DNA of 32,000 nt from an uncultured Chloroflexia bacterium (GTDB taxonomy: Bacteria > Chloroflexota > Anaerolineae > Anaerolineales > Anaerolineaceae). Made by a program: the position numbers and the translations under genes. Shown piece by piece: positions 27,184 through 32,000 of this stretch; the stretch's first letter is position 1, and the number at the start of each line of letters is the position of its first letter. Below the pieces are notes generated by a model that saw only the letters and a program-made list of their open reading frames with translations, was not told the origin of the DNA and did not search any database. The stretch is taken from NCBI GenBank assembly GCA_963704755.1, contig OY969938.1, positions 1,710,001 through 1,742,000 of the forward strand. The letters run 5' to 3'.

Positions 27184-28234
27184 TCAATTGTCATTAACAT
27201 GGACGATACTAATTAAATTATTCCGACTTGTAGTGTTATCCAACGAACGGAAGGCTGTATATGCAATTCCGCCACTCCTTTCTACCACGAGCGGACGTTC
27301 GTTAGTAAATGAGTTGCACAATTGAAGACTTTCTATCCAGTTCAAATATTCAATTCCACCTTCCATACCAGAAGGGCCGCTTCCAGGATTAAGCTTAGGA
27401 CCATATTCTGTTGGCAATCCCCAACCAACAACTATAGCCACATGATTCCATTTATTTTCGCTTTCCCCATAAAACACTAGATCTCCCTTTTGGATTTTTG
27501 ATCGATTGGTCAGAAGAAGGTTTTCCCAATTTTGATCTACCGATGATGAATTGTACCGATGTTGATCAGTGTCCTGAGGCGGGTTGGAGTATTTTATTAC
27601 CACCTCACCAATTACTTTGGTATCAAAACCATAAAAAGCATCTGTGTTATACCAACTACTCTTTCCTGCGTAACCTAAATACTGCCAAGCCCCTTCTTTC
27701 AAAATATTAATGTCCCAATATGGGGGGATCTAAATCAATTCCACCTACTTTTTTATCGGGGTTCGGATCTACGCGTGGATCTCGCACACCGTTTTCGTAT
27801 AAGATACTTGAGGCAAACAATGTGCATTGGCTAGAATAATCAGATCCTGGATCAAGTGTAGTAAAGTCATAATTAGGGTCTAACCCTTGTTGATAATCCC
27901 ATTGCATTGCGTATGAAACGGCCCCTAAGCGATTATATACATAATGGCCACTCGGATCCGTAAAATTGATAGGGTTATCATAGGTGTAAGCATAGAAATT
28001 CCAATCCATTGGATTTCTTGGATTTGGTTTAATAGTATCGGGTTGCATAAACTGATTGAGAGGAGGGCTATAATACCTCGCCCGCAGATACACCAGCCCC
28101 GTTTGCGGATCATACATCTCGCCGGTGTAGGCGTAATCGCTCACGGCAGCGCCATCACTATATAATATCTCTCCATAAGGTGAGTAGCTTTGGGTCAGGG
28201 TAACAGCTCCGCTCGCGTCGGTCAACTGACGCAC
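27184..28234 (-). pseudogene. orphan RHS C-terminal cassette b: papain-fold amidase-like toxin tip, split by a +1 frameshift in a C6 (G6 on + strand) run
   Basis: The RHS end is (V)RQLTDASGAVTLTQSYSPYGE...LVYLRARYYSP...YAYTYDNPINFTDPSGH. The tip carries SSQCTLFASS (Cys), GDLVFY and KWNHVAIVVGWG (His). The two ORFs (27707-28234 and 27184-27702) join if the run at 27722-27727 is one base shorter. Confidence 0.8.
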
Positions 28235-28326
28235 ACTTCATTGGCTATGGGTGTGTCAAATGGTCGGCCTATAGGAGAGGAAGCGGCCAACCTCCAATAA
28301 ACATCTCTTCTTTCATGCATCTTCTC

Positions 28327-29280
28327 CTAAGGCGCCCAACTCGCCCATAAAAAACTATCCATCGAGAAATAGAAGCTCTTTTTCCAGAATGTATCGTACA
28401 TATACAATTTGGGCCGTGTATAGTCATCCACTGTACAGGAATGCACTATGAAGCGCCCAGTAAATGATTGCGCAAGCGGATAACAATTATTCATGAGGAC
28501 TTGGACGTTTTCACCGTGAATATCGCCGGAAAAATAACGATAATCGGAAGAAAAATTCCGGCTAAACGTAAATCGGCCCTCAGATGCCGGCCACCATTTT
28601 GGGTTTTCTCCATCGATAATGTAGGTCAATTTGGTGAAATCAGTATCGATCGAGTAAATTCTGCTTTCTCGTTTTCCATCTATTTGGGTATTTATTCCTA
28701 TGAGCGGAAACGGGCCGGGATTCCAATCCGGTTCTATGCTCGCCGGTTTAACATCGGGGACCGAGATCCCCTCTGGTAAAATTTCCTTGGTTTGCATATC
28801 GAACAGGTGAAACTGTACCCCATTTCCAGAAACGTATTGGTCAAAGAGGATCCGGGTTCCATCCGGCGACCAGGCTATTTTATGATCTATGACTTCAAAA
28901 TAGTCACTATCGTCCCCGCTTTCGAAGGAAAACAATTTCTCCATTTCTCCGCTTTGAACGTCCAATAGACCGATATTCACCATGACGCTGCCCATTCTTG
29001 CGTATGTCCCAAAGGGACCTTCCTCGAAGACAAATGCGATTTTCTTCCCATCCGGCGACCAGGCCAAATCATAGATGCGTATGTCCGGAGAATAATAAAC
29101 GTTCCTAAACTTTCCCCAACGATAAACAACAATTTCATCATAATGCCTGGTGCTCATCGCCAGTGAATTGTTTGCCTGCAAGAACATCTGCAGGTATTCA
29201 CTGCCCAACCAGGCCGGATAGGCCAGCAAAAGCACTGCCAGAATAATTAAGATCCGTTTCTTGCGAGTTTGTTTCACCAC
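28327..29280 (-). CDS. membrane-anchored PD40/TolB-like beta-propeller protein, immunity candidate for toxin a
   Basis: N-terminal anchor KKRILIILAVLLLAYPAWLG, then LAWSPDGKKIAFVF and IAWSPDGTRILF blades. The ORF track opens at 29340 (TTG, overlapping the toxin stop). A GTG at 29280 preceded by AGGAGG (29288-29293, 7-nt spacer) is the likelier start. Confidence 0.75.
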   Translation of the reverse strand: MVKQTRKKRILIILAVLLLAYPAWLGSEYLQMFLQANNSLAMSTRHYDEIVVYRWGKFRNVYYSPDIRIYDLAWSPDGKKIAFVFEEGPFGTYARMGSVMVNIGLLDVQSGEMEKLFSFESGDDSDYFEVIDHKIAWSPDGTRILFDQYVSGNGVQFHLFDMQTKEILPEGISVPDVKPASIEPDWNPGPFPLIGINTQIDGKRESRIYSIDTDFTKLTYIIDGENPKWWPASEGRFTFSRNFSSDYRYFSGDIHGENVQVLMNNCYPLAQSFTGRFIVHSCTVDDYTRPKLYMYDTFWKKSFYFSMDSFLWASWAP

Positions 29281-29336
29281 CCACAACCCTCCTGTTCTTC
29301 GTAGCTGAAGACATCTGGCATATGCACAATTACCAT

Positions 29337-30557
29337 TCAATTCACTTCCGACCAGGTATCGTTGATGGAATGGATATTCGATGTTCCATATTGGGGTAAT
29401 CCGGTTATGTTGTTATCCTCGAACCCGCCTGAATGTTCAGCCACCAATGGAGCCGTTTTTCCATACAAGGATCTAGCGCCAACGGTATCCGTTAATGACT
29501 GGTTGGGGTCAATGATAAATGCGGTATGATTGAACAAGCCATTCGGCTCTTCGACAAAATGGAGAGCGTGGTCCTGCCTGTAGAACACAACGTCCCCAGC
29601 CTGGATAGAGTATCCCGAGAAGCTAAAGTTCCCATAGCTAGATAATTGAATTGGACTTGGAATCACATTCCCATGCGCCTTTGGTGCACTTAGTTCTTTT
29701 CTTCTATCGCTATCAGCAAAATTACTCAAAGCAGGTATTGTCCCATCGATGGTATAAGCTACGCCTCCCATACTGATGAGATGATTATACAAGTTGTCGG
29801 TGATCGCCCAATCTTCACCGCAGAATGAGGCCCAAGTTAAGTAATACACAACAGATTTTGCCGCTTGGGGATCATATCTTAACAATTCTTCGAAGTGAAT
29901 GGGAATACACCTGTTTGCTCCGCCAATTAGTATTCCGCCTGCAGCTGAGAAAAACCAATTTTCATTCTCTGGCATACCGCCGGCCTTAATGGATTGAGAA
30001 ACGAAGTTGGTGCAATCCGAACCACCAAAGCTGCCATAATCGGGATTGATTTGAGAGGCGTAATCTTTGGCATATTTTGCAGCCGCTTGCCGATCATATG
30101 TGACATATTTCGTCTTATAACCCGTTGGATCGACAAAGATGATCGGGTTAGCACTCGCGTATAACCATTGATTGAAAGTGATTGGGGTAAAATCGTCACC
30201 CGCCCACGCATCCTTCCCGACAAACCTGCCCTCCACCGGGCTATAATACCTCGCCCGCAGATACACCAACCCTGTTTGCAGATCATACATCTCGCCGGTG
30301 AAGGCATAATCGCTCACGGCATCGCCATCACTATACAATATCTCACCATAAGGGGTATAGCTTTGCGTCAGGGTAACTGCCCCGGCGTCATCTACTATCT
30401 TTCGTACAGATCCCAAGGCGTCTGGAAGGAAATAACCCGCCTGGGTGTCGGATATCTGGGCAATGCGGCTAACTCCATAAAGGTAGGTATTCGTACTGTT
30501 TTGCATCGAACCAGGATTGGCCCTACACACAAATTCAATAAGAAAGGGTGGTGCCAT
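29337..30557 (-). CDS. orphan RHS C-terminal cassette a: RHS core end plus papain-fold 'putative amidase' (Amidase_6 / NlpC-P60 / CHAP-like) toxin tip
   Basis: ..NTYLYGVSRIAQ..YFLPDALGSVRKIVDDAGAVTLTQSYTPYGE..LVYLRARYYSPVEGRFVGKD..LYASANPIIFVDPTGY. The tip carries GGSDCTNFVSQSIKAGG (Cys), GDVVFY and FNHTAFIID (His). It holds only ~150 aa of RHS core, so it is not a full-length RHS protein. Confidence 0.85.
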   Translation of the reverse strand: MAPPFLIEFVCRANPGSMQNSTNTYLYGVSRIAQISDTQAGYFLPDALGSVRKIVDDAGAVTLTQSYTPYGEILYSDGDAVSDYAFTGEMYDLQTGLVYLRARYYSPVEGRFVGKDAWAGDDFTPITFNQWLYASANPIIFVDPTGYKTKYVTYDRQAAAKYAKDYASQINPDYGSFGGSDCTNFVSQSIKAGGMPENENWFFSAAGGILIGGANRCIPIHFEELLRYDPQAAKSVVYYLTWASFCGEDWAITDNLYNHLISMGGVAYTIDGTIPALSNFADSDRRKELSAPKAHGNVIPSPIQLSSYGNFSFSGYSIQAGDVVFYRQDHALHFVEEPNGLFNHTAFIIDPNQSLTDTVGARSLYGKTAPLVAEHSGGFEDNNITGLPQYGTSNIHSINDTWSEVN

Positions 30558-30577
30558 AGCTCGTTAAAGGCAGCCCC

Positions 30578-31921
30578 CTACTCTACAGGGGCCAACCAAA
30601 CCGCAGTGCCATACAAATATCCAAAATCAAAAACCTGGCGCTTTTCAACGTCAACCAGGTATGCAAACTTCCTGGCCTGAGCCAATAAATTGTTGGCCAG
30701 GAATTGTTTCCCGTCCGGTGACCAAACCACTCCACCGGGATTCCCATTAAATTCGTCATGGGTATACTCAACGATCGCGGGGTCCCATACTTCTTCCCGT
30801 TTAAAATCATAGACCAATAACCGGACATCCGCTTCCTCTTGGACGTAAAAGGAAAGATACTGTCCATCCGGAGACCAGGCAATCCCGCTGGCCCACAGGA
30901 ACTTTTCTGAAATCGCCGGATCAAGTAAAGACTTTTCATTCCCTTCCCGATCGACCACGGTCAATTCCAGGGTTTTATGTTCACCGGCATCTGGGACGAA
31001 AATGGCAAAGCGGCTCCCGTCCGGTGACCATGCGGGTTCAGAACTCCACGGCCGGGCTGTCAACGAAATCAGGTTTCGCCGCCAAATTTCTGCATTCGTT
31101 TTTAGGTCCCAAAGTGAGATTGCACAAGTCGGTTGGACTGGGTCGGCTTCATAATATATCACCATCGAAAGTGAAGGGTCGTATTTCGGGGCGACTGAAG
31201 CGCTATACCAGTTTGGAACAGGCCAAAGTCTCCCATCGATCAGGTTAGGAAAAGTCGGCGTGATCAGTTGCGACTGCTGAGTAACCAGGTTATATAAAAT
31301 GAGCCTGCCCAAAGGGTATGGGTTTCCAACCGGGTATAGAAAAACCTGGGTATTCGAAGGCCAGTAGGCTATACCACTTGCTTGCAGCTTATCTAGATCC
31401 ACCGACTGATAGGAATCTCCATCGGTAAGGATCATGGAGGTTTTTACCGCTGTTTTGCTGAGCTCTTCCCGGATAAATGCAGCATGACGTTGATCCGGCG
31501 CCATCATCTGATTGCTATTATTATCTGCGAAAATGCAACAATCTTGTATCGAAAGGAACACTTCTGGAGATGCCATATCGCGTTGATATTTATCTACCAC
31601 TGCATGGAAACCAACCCCCTTCTGAACCGGATTGAACAAAATCGTGCCATCTGACAGGCTTTCTTTGTCCATAGCCGGGGGATTAACCTGAGGGTATTCG
31701 GATGCCGTCATCATTGAAGTAGGTGTTAAACTGGCAAACGGGGAAGGAGACGGCGTCGATCGCATGGGTATCGTTTCGGCCGTTGCCGGCCCTGGCGGTG
31801 TAACCGTCAGAGTCGAAATGCCAGTTGCCGTCATTTCTGGAGATGGATTGTTACAGCCGGCCAGGCAAAGAACAATCACGAGAACGCCAAATATTTTCAT
31901 TGTTTTTGATGAGAAGTTCAT
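30578..31921 (-). CDS. exported PD40/TolB-like beta-propeller lipoprotein (paralog A2)
   Basis: 447-aa ORF with MNFSSKTMKIFGVLVIVLCLAGC lipobox. It is collinear with 21768-23111. The C-terminal ~170 aa are identical but for one residue. Confidence 0.85.
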   Translation of the reverse strand: MNFSSKTMKIFGVLVIVLCLAGCNNPSPEMTATGISTLTVTPPGPATAETIPMRSTPSPSPFASLTPTSMMTASEYPQVNPPAMDKESLSDGTILFNPVQKGVGFHAVVDKYQRDMASPEVFLSIQDCCIFADNNSNQMMAPDQRHAAFIREELSKTAVKTSMILTDGDSYQSVDLDKLQASGIAYWPSNTQVFLYPVGNPYPLGRLILYNLVTQQSQLITPTFPNLIDGRLWPVPNWYSASVAPKYDPSLSMVIYYEADPVQPTCAISLWDLKTNAEIWRRNLISLTARPWSSEPAWSPDGSRFAIFVPDAGEHKTLELTVVDREGNEKSLLDPAISEKFLWASGIAWSPDGQYLSFYVQEEADVRLLVYDFKREEVWDPAIVEYTHDEFNGNPGGVVWSPDGKQFLANNLLAQARKFAYLVDVEKRQVFDFGYLYGTAVWLAPVE

Positions 31922-31925
31922 TTTT

Positions 31926-32000
31926 CTACCATTGGCTTGCGAAATCCCGATAGCTCAGGCAATCGTTCGAAATGATTCGATCGGTTATTTCTTTAATCGA
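31926..32000 (-). CDS. 3' end of a second copy of the 304-aa lipoprotein gene (partial, runs off the window)
   Basis: Nucleotide homology to 23116-23190, with a TAG stop at 31926-31928 and the same 4-nt spacing to the downstream PD40 gene. Confidence 0.6.
   Translation of the reverse strand, partial: SIKEITDRIISNDCLSYRDFASQW

Larger units (their letters stand above)
30567..32000. repeat. segmental direct duplication, copy 2 (partner at 21757-23190)
   Basis: Same evidence as copy 1. The homology starts ~10 nt past the PD40 stop codon and runs to the window end. Confidence 0.9.

Noticed and set aside
28235-28326. Short ORFs in the conserved cassette junction (e.g. MHERRDVYWRLAASSPIGRPFDTPIANEVCVS)
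   Set aside because: The frame is not conserved between the two junction copies beyond the identical 42-mer, and SD spacing is poor. The region is treated as non-coding.

Overview
Prokaryotic window with three zones; I cannot assign the organism from sequence alone. (1) 1-10.1 kb holds ordinary chromosomal genes: a minus-strand MFS / flippase-like / FAD-oxidoreductase operon, a HEAT-repeat protein, a zinc-ribbon membrane protein, clpP, coaX and a haloalkane-dehalogenase-like hydrolase. It also carries four copies of a ~100-nt nested-palindrome intergenic repeat. (2) 10.18-21.2 kb is a type I-C CRISPR-Cas locus on the minus strand (cas3-cas5c-cas8c-cas7c) with a 61-repeat / 60-spacer array. 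It is decayed at both ends. A deletion fuses the 5' half of cas4 to the last ~45 codons of cas2, so cas1 is absent. The WYL regulator gene upstream of cas3 lacks its HTH region and carries an in-frame amber codon. (3) tRNA-Lys(CTT) at 21548-21620 is followed by a visibly AT-richer accessory island that runs to the window end. The island is an array of four 5'-truncated RHS/YD C-terminal toxin cassettes: two papain-fold amidase-like tips (one frameshifted in a homopolymer), one unrecognisable tip and one stump. Each is followed by exported proteins, mostly 320-450-aa beta-propeller (PD40/TolB-like) lipoproteins or anchored proteins sitting where immunity genes are expected. A direct duplication of at least 1.43 kb, offset exactly 8810 bp, brackets the cassettes and differs mainly in two short hypervariable patches. 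No integrase, transposase, rRNA or cas1 was seen. The most interesting candidate is the RHS amidase toxin plus exported beta-propeller 'immunity' arrangement. All family calls rest on motif recognition by eye and need HMM or structure confirmation.
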